Shown here piece after piece: positions 17,963 through 26,589 of a stretch of DNA of 64,000 nt. The notes beneath the pieces are model-generated. The model was not told the origin of the DNA. It saw nothing but the letters and a program-made list of their open reading frames with translations, and searched no databases. Source of the DNA: Flavobacteriales bacterium UBA7690 (GTDB lineage Bacteria > Bacteroidota > Bacteroidia > Flavobacteriales_F > PHOS-HE28); contig DLGQ01000079.1 in the NCBI GenBank assembly GCA_002482775.1, positions 29,149 through 93,148 of the forward strand. The letters are read 5' to 3'. Positions within the stretch are counted from its first letter, which is position 1; each line of letters opens with the position of its first letter. The translations under genes were made by a program, and so were the position numbers.

Positions 17963-18028
17963 CAAAGGGACGACATTAGGAGGTCTTCCCGACTTGCGGA
18001 ACGCGCCAATGTGCTTGCGGATGATGAC
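17963..18028 (-). promoter_or_regulatory. Operator/promoter module S3 upstream of the alcohol dehydrogenase
   Basis: 17992..18028 (ACTTGCGGAACGCGCCAATGTGCTTGCGGATGATGAC) has 5 mismatches to S1. It is followed by 25 nt and then CAAA. On the gene strand TTTG-CACCC-ATG. Confidence 0.55.
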
Positions 18029-18060
18029 AGGGGTTGTTGGTTGAACGCAAGCTGCATTCC

Positions 18061-18194
18061 GCGTTAGGGATAAAAGTGAAAAGCCCGCAAGCGACCCCGG
18101 CTCTTAGGCCGGGGGTGCGCGGACTTGGAACGGATAGCCCGACGGCGGCGCTTTTGGACGCCGGAACCTGCCTACCGGCAGGCAGGCGCCCAAC
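18061..18194 (+). repeat. Intergenic repeat family, copy C (longer, with an extra hairpin)
   Basis: GCGTTAGGGAT..AGTGAAAAGCCCGCAAGC, hairpin CCCCGGC-TCTTAG-GCCGGGG, GCGCGGACTTGGAACGGATAGCCCGAC, hairpin CGGCG-CTTTTGGA-CGCCG, extra hairpin CCTGCC-TACC-GGCAGG, then GCGCCCAACC. Confidence 0.5.
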
Positions 18195-18280
18195 CATTCA
18201 TCACCGCCCCAACGCCAGCACACGCGACGCGAGGTTTCTTCAACGGGAGGGAGCACCTTGCATCACCCCGCGTTGCACCC

Positions 18281-20680
18281 ATGCTCAAGAACCTCCTCCT
18301 CACCGGTCTGCGCAGCCTCTGGAAACAGAAGCTCTACACGCTGGTCAACCTGCTCGGCCTCGCTACCGGCATCGCGTGTTTCGTGCTGATCGGCCTGTAC
18401 GTGCAGCACGAGCGCAGCTTCGACCGCTTCGTGCCGAGCAACGAACGCGTGTACCGTGTGGTGGGTGAAATTGAAATGGAGGGTCAAGGGGAGCACAGCA
18501 GCAGCATGGTGTTCGGGCTTGGGCCCACGTTGCTCGGCGATCATCCGGAGCTGATCGAAACGCAGTGCCGCTGGTTCGATTTCCAGGATCCGCAGCACAC
18601 GTTGAAGGTCGGCGACAGCCTCAGTACCAACAAGCTCTTCACCGAGAGCGGCCTGTACCTGGTGGACAGCACGGTGTTCGACATCTTCAACTACCCGCTG
18701 CTGGTGGGCGATCCGAAGACGGCGTTGGCGCGGCCGGGCAGCATCGTGCTCTCGCAGGAACTCGCGAAGAAGTACTTCGGCGACGCCGATCCGATGGGGC
18801 AGATGATGAAGTGGGACGGCTCCATGGATGTGCAGGTCACTGGTATCCTTGGCGAGATCCCGCGCAATTCACACATCCGGTTCGAAGGGCTCGTGAGCTT
18901 CGGCACCATCCTGCAATTCTGGAAGAACATCGAACGCAACTGGGTTTGGAACCCATGCTGGACCTACGTCCGCTTGAAGGAAGGCATCACGAGAGCCGAG
19001 GTCGACCGCGTGTTCCCGGACTTCATCCAGAAGTACTATCCCGATTTCCTCAAGGACCAGATCGGCCACGAACTGCAACCGTTAACGGACATCCACCTCA
19101 TTAGCAAGCTCGATTTCGAAATGCGCCAGAACGGCGACGCGGGCAGCGTGAACATCCTGTGGGTGATCGGCTTCTTCATCATCGTTCTGGCAGGTGTCAA
19201 CTTCATGAACCTCGCCACCGCGCGCAGTGCGTACCGCGCCCGTGAAGTGGGTGTGCGCAAAGCCGCCGGTGCCACGCGCGGGCAGCTGATCGGTCAGTTC
19301 CTGCTGGAGAGCGTGCTGATCAGCATGATCGCCGCGCTGATCGCGTTGGTGCTGATCCACCTGCTGATGCCCGCGTTCAACCAGCTCGCAGGTGGAACGA
19401 TCCCGTTGCCTTCGTTGCTCGTACCGGGCGTACTTGGCATCGCGGTGATAGTAGGTCTGTTGAGCGGCATCTATCCTGCCTTCTTCCTCTCCTCGTTCCA
19501 ACCAGCGGTGGTGCTGAAAGGCAATAGCGGCGGTACTTCGCGCGGCCAAGCACTGCGGAAGTCGCTCGTGGTGGTGCAGTTCGCCATCGCGTTGGTGCTC
19601 ATCATCGGCACCGTGTTCGTGAAGAAGCAGCACGACCATTTGCAAAGCGTTGACCTCGGCTTCAATAAGGAGCAGGTGATCCTGATCCCTGTGCGTGCGC
19701 CGATGAGCGAAGTGTACCTCGCGGTGTTCCCCGAGCTGAAGAAGATCAGTGGCGTGAAGGCCGTGAGTTGGGCGAACGACATCATCGGGAAGAAGCACAA
19801 CACGCACGAGTTCAACTGGGGCACCATGGAGCAGGGCAAGTGGACCTATCTGCCTTGCCTCTATGTGAACCCCGAATTCCAACAGGCCATGGACATCGAG
19901 CTCCTTGCCGGACGCTGGTTCTCGCGCGACTTCCCCGGCGATGATTCCCTCAGTGTGATCGTCAACGAAACATTCGCACGCCAGACCCATCCCGAAGATC
20001 CCACAAAAGCGATCGGAGACCGGATGGACACGCCGCACGGCGAAGAACGCATCATCGCAGTCACCAAGGATTTCGCTTTCGATCCGCTCTTCAAGGCCGT
20101 GCAGCCCTTCGTGTTCGACATGACCACCGACATCGGGCAATGGCTGCGCTACATCTACATCCGCACCGAAGGCGGCGACCCCACGCCGGTGATCGATGCC
20201 GCGCGCAAGGAGTGGAACAGCCGCACCACGCAATTCCCCTTCGAATACCAATTCCTCGATGACCAGTTGAACATGCAGTACGAAGCACAAGGTCGTCTCG
20301 CGAAGCTCATCGGCCTCTTCTCGTTGCTCGCCGTGTTCATCGCCTGCCTCGGCCTCTTCGCACTCGCCAGCTGGACCGCCGAAAAGCGCACGCGCGAGAT
20401 CGGCATCCGCAAAGTGATGGGCGCCGACACGCTACAGGTCACCTACCTCGTCACCCGCGATTTCCTGCTGCTGGTGCTCGTCGGCGCGCTCGTCGCCATG
20501 CCGCTCGCCTGGTTCGGCGTGGGCCGCTGGCTGGAGAACTTCGCGTTCCGCACGGCGATCGAACCGCTGGTGTTCGTACTCGCGTCGCTGGTGGTGTTGC
20601 TCATCGCGAGTTTCACGGTGAGCTTTAGGGCGATCAGAGCGGCGCAGACGGATCCGGTGCGGGCGTTGCGGCATGAATAA
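18281..20680 (+). CDS. ABC transporter permease, FtsX/MacB family (two FtsX modules)
   Basis: MLKNLLLTGLRSLWKQKLYTLVNLLGLATG is a typical start for this family. It has a MacB-like periplasmic domain and two C-terminal FtsX 4-TM modules (REVGVRKAAGA and REIGIRKVMGA). Confidence 0.85.
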   Translation: MLKNLLLTGLRSLWKQKLYTLVNLLGLATGIACFVLIGLYVQHERSFDRFVPSNERVYRVVGEIEMEGQGEHSSSMVFGLGPTLLGDHPELIETQCRWFDFQDPQHTLKVGDSLSTNKLFTESGLYLVDSTVFDIFNYPLLVGDPKTALARPGSIVLSQELAKKYFGDADPMGQMMKWDGSMDVQVTGILGEIPRNSHIRFEGLVSFGTILQFWKNIERNWVWNPCWTYVRLKEGITRAEVDRVFPDFIQKYYPDFLKDQIGHELQPLTDIHLISKLDFEMRQNGDAGSVNILWVIGFFIIVLAGVNFMNLATARSAYRAREVGVRKAAGATRGQLIGQFLLESVLISMIAALIALVLIHLLMPAFNQLAGGTIPLPSLLVPGVLGIAVIVGLLSGIYPAFFLSSFQPAVVLKGNSGGTSRGQALRKSLVVVQFAIALVLIIGTVFVKKQHDHLQSVDLGFNKEQVILIPVRAPMSEVYLAVFPELKKISGVKAVSWANDIIGKKHNTHEFNWGTMEQGKWTYLPCLYVNPEFQQAMDIELLAGRWFSRDFPGDDSLSVIVNETFARQTHPEDPTKAIGDRMDTPHGEERIIAVTKDFAFDPLFKAVQPFVFDMTTDIGQWLRYIYIRTEGGDPTPVIDAARKEWNSRTTQFPFEYQFLDDQLNMQYEAQGRLAKLIGLFSLLAVFIACLGLFALASWTAEKRTREIGIRKVMGADTLQVTYLVTRDFLLLVLVGALVAMPLAWFGVGRWLENFAFRTAIEPLVFVLASLVVLLIASFTVSFRAIRAAQTDPVRALRHE

Positions 20681-20686
20681 GAACAA

Positions 20687-21202
20687 ATGACCATGGACCG
20701 CAGACACTTCCTCGCCACCACCGGCCTCAGCATTCCGCTGCTTGGCACCAGTGCCCTTTTCGCACAAGACCCCGTGAAACCCACCAAGACTGCGCAACTA
20801 GAGCCTGAGCTGGTGAAGGAGTTCGTGCGGGTGGGCCACAACAACCTGCCCGAAGTGCAACGCATGCTGAAGGAGCAACCTGGCCTGCTCAACGCCAGCT
20901 GGGATGTGGGCGGTGGAGATTTTGAGACAGCCGTGGAAGGCGCGGGACATGTGGGCGACCGAGAGATCGCGGAATACCTGATCGGGCAAGGCGCTCGGGC
21001 GAACGTCTTCGTGCTTACCATGCTTGGGCATACGGCCATCGTGAAAGGCCTGCTGGCGTTGTACCCGGATCTGCTGCGCTCCAAAGGGCCGCATGGCCTC
21101 ACACTCTTGCATCACGCAGCACGCGGCGGGGAACGTGCGCATGAACTGCTGGAGCACATTCGATCGTTGGGGCTTACTGAAGCGAAGCTCACCATGCCGT
21201 GA
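20687..21202 (+). CDS. Ankyrin-repeat protein with a Tat signal
   Basis: MTMDRRHFLATTGLSIPLLGTSALFAQ leader. Ankyrin-like repeats (GHTAIVKGLLALYPDLL..GLTLLHHAARGG). Confidence 0.75.
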   Translation: MTMDRRHFLATTGLSIPLLGTSALFAQDPVKPTKTAQLEPELVKEFVRVGHNNLPEVQRMLKEQPGLLNASWDVGGGDFETAVEGAGHVGDREIAEYLIGQGARANVFVLTMLGHTAIVKGLLALYPDLLRSKGPHGLTLLHHAARGGERAHELLEHIRSLGLTEAKLTMP

Positions 21203-21343
21203 TCGGCAGCGCGCAGTCAACACGGGTCGATCCGTCACTCATCGCAGGCACGTTTGTCTGCGGAGCGTGTGGTCGAACTTGCTCATCAGCCAACACCACC
21301 GACGGTCGCACGCAACGGGGTCACGGGTGGCTAAGTGATCTTA

Positions 21344-21649
21344 TCACCCCAGCCCCTCCGGGATCGTGATCACTCGTTGTACTGGAAAGATCTGCTTTGG
21401 ATCCGATACCTTGGGCACAATGCTGAATGCATGCACGATGTGCGTAAAGCGCCTGCGTTGCCGGTCGTAGTAGAGGTAAGGCTTCATGCTCCCAACGAGC
21501 TTGTCCACTGCAGGCACGTCCATAGGTACCACCCATGTCGGTGGCACGTCGCGATCGGGGGCTAGCTCCAACATCGACTCAGCCCGTTCACGCAGCGAGT
21601 CCCGCTGCAGCATGTACACCTTGATGATGGCTTCTTCGATGCCTTCCAT
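21344..21649 (-). CDS. Hypothetical protein (101 aa)
   Basis: ATG-started ORF with lower G+C by eye. No motif recognised. Confidence 0.4.
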   Translation of the reverse strand: MEGIEEAIIKVYMLQRDSLRERAESMLELAPDRDVPPTWVVPMDVPAVDKLVGSMKPYLYYDRQRRRFTHIVHAFSIVPKVSDPKQIFPVQRVITIPEGLG

Positions 21650-21660
21650 GTATCGGTTGT

Positions 21661-22167
21661 TCAGTGAGGTTCGCCGTTTTGCTGCGGAGGACTCGTCAGT
21701 CGATCGCGGAAGTAGCCGTTCTTCATCGAGTCCATCTCCGCCATCATCTGTTGCATCCAGCGTTCGTTCCTCTCCAAGCGCTTGCGGAAGAAGTCGTTGT
21801 GGAAGAAGTCAGGGTACAGGAGCGTATCACGGAAGAACAGGTCATTGAACCCCGGATCGGACATGAACGGGAACTGTCTGTTGAAGTGCGGCTTGAAGTC
21901 CTGGAAAAGGCTGTCCATTCGAGCGGGATCCACATGTCGGCTGCTGTAGTATGAGGAGTACGTGGAATCGTAGGCGATCAAGTTGCCGTTCGCGTCAACC
22001 TCCTTGTTCACCCGTACCTCGATCTTCGGGGTATTCGGCTGGGCGGTGATCGTATCCTGTTCCACGGTGTTCTGCTGGTGCTGTTGTGCCTGCCCATTGC
22101 ATGCGGTCAGCGCCATGCTCATCACGGCCAACACATGCACCAGTTGGGTTGTTCCATTGGTTCTCAT
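21661..22167 (-). CDS. Hypothetical lipoprotein
   Basis: The ATG at 22167 gives MRTNGTTQLVHVLAVMSMALTAC, which contains a lipobox. Confidence 0.5.
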   Translation of the reverse strand: MRTNGTTQLVHVLAVMSMALTACNGQAQQHQQNTVEQDTITAQPNTPKIEVRVNKEVDANGNLIAYDSTYSSYYSSRHVDPARMDSLFQDFKPHFNRQFPFMSDPGFNDLFFRDTLLYPDFFHNDFFRKRLERNERWMQQMMAEMDSMKNGYFRDRLTSPPQQNGEPH

Positions 22168-22203
22168 GGTTGTAGGTATTGGGGTTCCATGCACTGGAAG
22201 CAA

Positions 22204-22232
22204 GGAAGGCCGCCCTAAGCTGGCGGCCTTCC
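22204..22232 (-). terminator. Hairpin downstream of hsp20
   Basis: Perfect 11-bp stem GGAAGGCCGCC / GGCGGCCTTCC with a 7-nt loop, located between the hsp20 stop and the next gene. The T tract is weak. Confidence 0.45.
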
Positions 22233-22252
22233 AACTTCCTCGATCCGGCCGC

Positions 22253-22699
22253 TTAGCGGATGGTGATCGTTCGCGTCTTCGGCTTGGCCTCTTCCGATTT
22301 CGGGATCGTCACCTGCAGCACGCCGTTCACATACTCGGCCTTGATGGCATCGGCCTTTACGCTATGGGGCATCACGAAGCTGCGTTCGAAGGCGGTGCGG
22401 CTGAACTCCCGGCGGTTCCAGCGGGTTTCCTCCTTCTGCTCATCCTCGGTCTGTTCGCCGCGGATGGTGAGGGTATCGTCCACCATCTCGATCTTCAGGT
22501 CCTTCTTGTCGAACCCGGGGGCCTGCATCTCGAGCTTGAAGTCATCGTTGCTCTCCACGATGTTCACGCGCGGGCCGTGGTCCAAGAATCCGTCGCTGCC
22601 AAAGAAGCGGGAAATATTGGGGCCGAAGATCTCGCTGGCCAGACGGTCCACCGGGGAAGCTGTGCTCACCGGCGCACTCTTGTACTTCACAAGTGTCAT
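22253..22699 (-). CDS. Hsp20/alpha-crystallin small heat-shock protein
   Basis: Alpha-crystallin domain (VNIVESNDDFKLEMQAPGFDKKDLKIEM...FERSFVMP...AEYVNGVLQVTIPK). Confidence 0.9.
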   Translation of the reverse strand: MTLVKYKSAPVSTASPVDRLASEIFGPNISRFFGSDGFLDHGPRVNIVESNDDFKLEMQAPGFDKKDLKIEMVDDTLTIRGEQTEDEQKEETRWNRREFSRTAFERSFVMPHSVKADAIKAEYVNGVLQVTIPKSEEAKPKTRTITIR

Positions 22700-22904
22700 T
22701 GTTGTTGGTATTACCCCGGCCACATGGTCGGGGGTGCAGCCCTCGTTCCAAAAGCAATACCATCACACGGTTGCTGACATTTTGTAATGTGGTATTGAAC
22801 AATTTTAAGAACTGAAGAAGCATGGTCTGTCGATCATGCCTTGTGAATGAAATTTTGACAGATCCTTATCTCCGAGGGTCGTTGTGATCCGGATATCACC
22901 TCCA

Positions 22905-23586
22905 TTACAAGTACCGACCGCTCATGTCGCTGAGGATTTCGGCGAGATGTTTCCGTTCCTTCTTCATGCTCAACTCCGTAAGCGTGGGCAAATGGTGCAT
23001 GGCGAACTCCAGCGAGTGGGACATCTCCACCAGCGTGGTAGCGAAAGAACGCGAGGACCGCATGCACGCCGCACAGGCCTTCAGGTCTGTGGCGATGTGG
23101 GTACACAGGTCCTTGAATGGCTTGAAGAGCTTCAGTTCGTTGTCCGAGTCCACGTTCTTGTGCACGAAGGACTTGGAGCCTTCGTTGATCACCAGTTCCC
23201 GCAGGGCTGAGGGGTGGAACTGTGCCTCCAGGGCATCGGCAGGCCACGATCCGCACGGCGCCCGGATGTCAGTGTACCATGTCCAGCGGTTCCTTGGTCG
23301 CCCTCCCTTCTTGTTTGCAGTGCGTGGCCAACCAGAGCCAGTAGACCTGGAAGTAGTACTTCTACAGCCGCTGGTTGTTGGCGAAGTAGTGGTACCCAGT
23401 TACCTCGGTGCAGCCGATGCGCTCCGCCAACTTCTTGAAGGTGAAGACTTCCAGGCCGATCTCGTTCATCTGCACCAACCCCTGCGCGAGGATCCGTGTA
23501 CCTATTGGACTGCTGGTGTCGCGCAGGGTAAGGCCGGGGGCCGGTTCGATCAGGTAGCGAGGTATTACGGATTGCAGTTCCCGCAA
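22905..23586 (-). pseudogene. TetR-family regulator pseudogene, a decayed paralog of 25491..26183
   Basis: It aligns residue for residue with the intact paralog but has three lesions. The start codon position reads ATA (23563..23565). There is an in-frame TAG at 23362..23364. There is a frameshift near 23268..23280; two track ORFs plus a third frame cover the homology. Confidence 0.7.
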
Positions 23587-24431
23587 TGCTGCGGTTCTTC
23601 GTTCGTGCGCCCATCAGGCCTTGGCTCAGCATGCTCGTGACCGCAGTCATTGCAGGTGCGCAAGTAGGACCGCACGCTTTGTGTAGGCCAACCGCATTGC
23701 TCACATGGAAGACCGGGCAAAGCTTGCGTGATCCGGAACCAGCATGCACCACATACCGGGCACGTCTTGGCGAGTTCAGCCGCGAAGCGGTCTGCTGTCT
23801 GCGCAATTGCCCGCATACGTGTTGGGTTGCCCATGGCGCGCATATCCGTCTCTACCCAGCAGGAGCCATGTGCGGCGATGAGGTCTTCCGCCAAGGAGCG
23901 GAGCTGTTCATGATCATCGATGCCCTTGTGCAGGACATCACCCCGCTGCCACTTCTCCTTCGCGCGCACTATCAGGTGATGCTCGGGGAACTTCATGCGG
24001 CCCGCGAAGACCATCACATCGGCTGTACTTCCGCATAACTCCCCGCCGAACACAGTTTCCAGTACCACATGACGATGGGAATATACCGATCCGTCGCGTG
24101 CATCATAGAGCACCAGGATCTCCTCATCGCAGGAAATGAACGGTGCAGGCGGATAGGGCCCGAAGGAACCTTCGCTGGCGATCACCAGGTCCATGCCGCT
24201 CAGGTCCGAGCCATGCTTCGCTTTATCCAAACATGCGGTGAGCGGGTCCACAATGCGTTGCACTTCGCCGCTGAAAGTCCCGAAAAGATCCGTGTCCACA
24301 TCGGATATGGCACGGAAGTCCGTTAGTGGCAATGCCCCCATCAACGCCGGACCGATCACGCGTTCCTTGCCGTGCAGGGTGGCTATACCGAGCCTACGAC
24401 CGGCAAAGCGACGGTAGAGCGGATCGTTCAT
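23565..24431 (-). CDS. Hypothetical protein with a C-terminal multi-Cys zinc-ribbon region (possibly the DUF6671 family)
   Basis: The ATG at 24431 gives MNDPLYRRFAGRRLGIATLHGKE. The C-terminus carries CPVCGACW...CEQCGW...CNDCGH...CGNC. Confidence 0.6.
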   Translation of the reverse strand: MNDPLYRRFAGRRLGIATLHGKERVIGPALMGALPLTDFRAISDVDTDLFGTFSGEVQRIVDPLTACLDKAKHGSDLSGMDLVIASEGSFGPYPPAPFISCDEEILVLYDARDGSVYSHRHVVLETVFGGELCGSTADVMVFAGRMKFPEHHLIVRAKEKWQRGDVLHKGIDDHEQLRSLAEDLIAAHGSCWVETDMRAMGNPTRMRAIAQTADRFAAELAKTCPVCGACWFRITQALPGLPCEQCGWPTQSVRSYLRTCNDCGHEHAEPRPDGRTNEEPQHCGNCNP

Positions 24432-24495
24432 GTTCCACCCGGACCAGTTGGACAAGGATCCATCTCTCATCAGTTTCTCAATAGGCCTGTCGCGT

Positions 24496-25520
24496 TCACT
24501 CACCTTGCCCCAAGGAGAAGCCACGCACACCATCGAACAGATATAGGTTCTGGGTCTTGATCACATCCACCCCTGATTCGGTCAGGAGATGTAGCATTTG
24601 CATCACCTGCCGTTGGCCGATGATCCGGTAGGTCGCTTTGCTATCATCGATCAACGCATCGGGATCCACGAACCTGTAGCGCCAGTGATCGGTGGAGAAA
24701 ATTCCCGGGGATCCGTCAGGCCACACCTTCACGCTGCGGTTGGTGATCATCTTCAGCTTTAACATACCGTGCGAGGCCTTCTTCAAACGCTCGGCCAGTT
24801 GATCCGCAGTGCTTGTTCCATCGCAAACGAAGACGTCCACACCGCGGAGTTCACGCTTCATCGTTGGCCGCACGTAGGTGTACTTGGGCATTTCTCCACC
24901 GCGCACTTCCACGGACTTCAGGTACGCCGGTACACGTCCCAGTCGCTCGATCACGGCATCCGCGAACTCCTTGGTACCCGCGCGCACCTTCGAGACATCC
25001 TCACGGTGAACATCACCCGGGTGGATACCCGCTTCCCAGGTGCAGAGCCACGCGTTCTGGATGGCTTGGGCCTTCTCAGGCATGGCCAGATGTGCGAGCA
25101 TCATGCATGGGGCGTTGAGCATCGCGCTCGGGTTTGCGAACCCCTGCCCGGCGATATCCGGCGCACTGCCGTGGATGGCCTCGAACCTGCTGATGCGGTC
25201 GCCGATGTTGGCGCTGCCCGCCATGCCCGCGCTGCCGGTTAGCTCGGCCGGCACTTCGCTGATGATGTCGCCGTAGAGGTCCAAGGTCATGATCACATCG
25301 TAGCGGTTCGGCTGAGTGGCCACGCGCAGTGCCGATGTCGATGATCTGTACTTCCTGTTGGAGTCCGGGGTACTCCATGCCGTCGTGCCGGAACGTATCG
25401 GTGAACATGCCGTCGGTCAGTTTCACGATGTTGTGTTTCGGGGTCAATGACCGTGGAGGGCATCGCCTTTGGTGACAGTGATGGTATGATTCAATTGCGT
25501 TTGGGGATTGAAGTATTTGG
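24496..25520 (-). pseudogene. Isocitrate/isopropylmalate dehydrogenase-family gene, 5'-truncated and frameshifted
   Basis: The frame from 25445 reads TPKHNIVKLTDGMF..EYPGLQQEVQIIDIGTA. It then shifts frame near 25318..25330 to VATQPNRYDVIMTLDLYGDIISE...GSANIG...HGSAPDIAG. The N-terminal roughly 200 aa are missing because the intact TetR gene abuts it. Confidence 0.65.
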
Positions 25521-26183
25521 TGCGAGGTAGCGATCGGCAAGGTCGATGAGGAAAGCCGCGAGTTGCTTGCGGTCTTTCTTTTCGCTGAGTTCGGTGAGCG
25601 CGGGCAGGTGGTGCATGGCGAACTCCAGTGTATGCGCCATATCCACCAGCGTCGTTGCGAACGAACGCGGGCTCTTCATGCGCGGCGAACACGCCTTAAG
25701 TTCCTTGGCCACATGCGCACACAGGTCCTTATATGGCTTGAAGAGCTTGAGCTGATTGTCAGAGTCCACATTCTTATGCAGGAAGGACTTGGAGCCTTCG
25801 CGGATCACCAAATGACGCAACGTGGCCGGATCGAGCTGTGCGGCCATGGCGTCCTTCGGCCAGATCCCGCACATGGCGATGATGTCTCCATGTAAGCGTT
25901 CGCGCGGATCCTTCAATGTTCGCCCCTCCTGCTCGCAATGCGTTTGCAACCACAGCCAGTAGAGCTGGAAGTAGTACTGGAGCAGCCGCTGTTTGTTGGC
26001 GAAGTAGTGGTACACCGTTACCTCTGTTGAACCCAAACGATCCGCGAGCTTCTTGAAGGTGAAGGCCTCCAGGCCCAACTCGAGCATCAGGTCCAGGCCT
26101 TCAGTAAGGATGCGTGCGCCCATGGGGCTGCCGGTATCGCGCAGGCTTAGCGTGGTGTCCGGGATCAGGTGGTAGCGTGTCAT
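25491..26183 (-). CDS. TetR/AcrR family transcriptional regulator
   Basis: N-terminal HTH (GLEAFTFKKLADRLGSTEVTVYHYFANKQRLL). The start was trimmed to the ATG at 26183. Confidence 0.85.
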   Translation of the reverse strand: MTRYHLIPDTTLSLRDTGSPMGARILTEGLDLMLELGLEAFTFKKLADRLGSTEVTVYHYFANKQRLLQYYFQLYWLWLQTHCEQEGRTLKDPRERLHGDIIAMCGIWPKDAMAAQLDPATLRHLVIREGSKSFLHKNVDSDNQLKLFKPYKDLCAHVAKELKACSPRMKSPRSFATTLVDMAHTLEFAMHHLPALTELSEKKDRKQLAAFLIDLADRYLAPNTSIPKRN

Positions 26184-26221
26184 ATGGGCCGCAATATAGT
26201 AAAACAACACAGTACAATAGT

Positions 26222-26578
26222 ATGACTAATAAGTTGTATAGTAATACTACATTTGCTCCCGTCATGATCCACATCACGTTCCAGACCCGCACCATCAGCG
26301 CAGCCGAAAAGCTCGCTGCGCACTTGATGGATCAGCACCTCCTTCTGTTCCCGACGATCGATACGGACCACGAGGAACTGAAGTGGGAGAACGGCCAGCT
26401 ATACCGCGAGAGCCAGTTGCTCCTGCAAGGCATGACCAAAGGACTGCTCTATAGGGAGGTGGAGAAGGCCGCCTACGACCTGTTAGGCTCCGAACTCGTT
26501 CGTATCCATGCGGTGCCGGTGACGCATTTGGATCCACACGCACAGAAGACCTTGCTCGAACAGACCGCCAAGGTGTGA
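26222..26578 (+). CDS. Hypothetical small protein (weak CutA-like pattern), divergent from TetR
   Basis: ATG at 26222, 118 aa. The similarity to CutA is an impression only. Confidence 0.35.
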   Translation: MTNKLYSNTTFAPVMIHITFQTRTISAAEKLAAHLMDQHLLLFPTIDTDHEELKWENGQLYRESQLLLQGMTKGLLYREVEKAAYDLLGSELVRIHAVPVTHLDPHAQKTLLEQTAKV

Positions 26579-26589
26579 GAACATGAACC

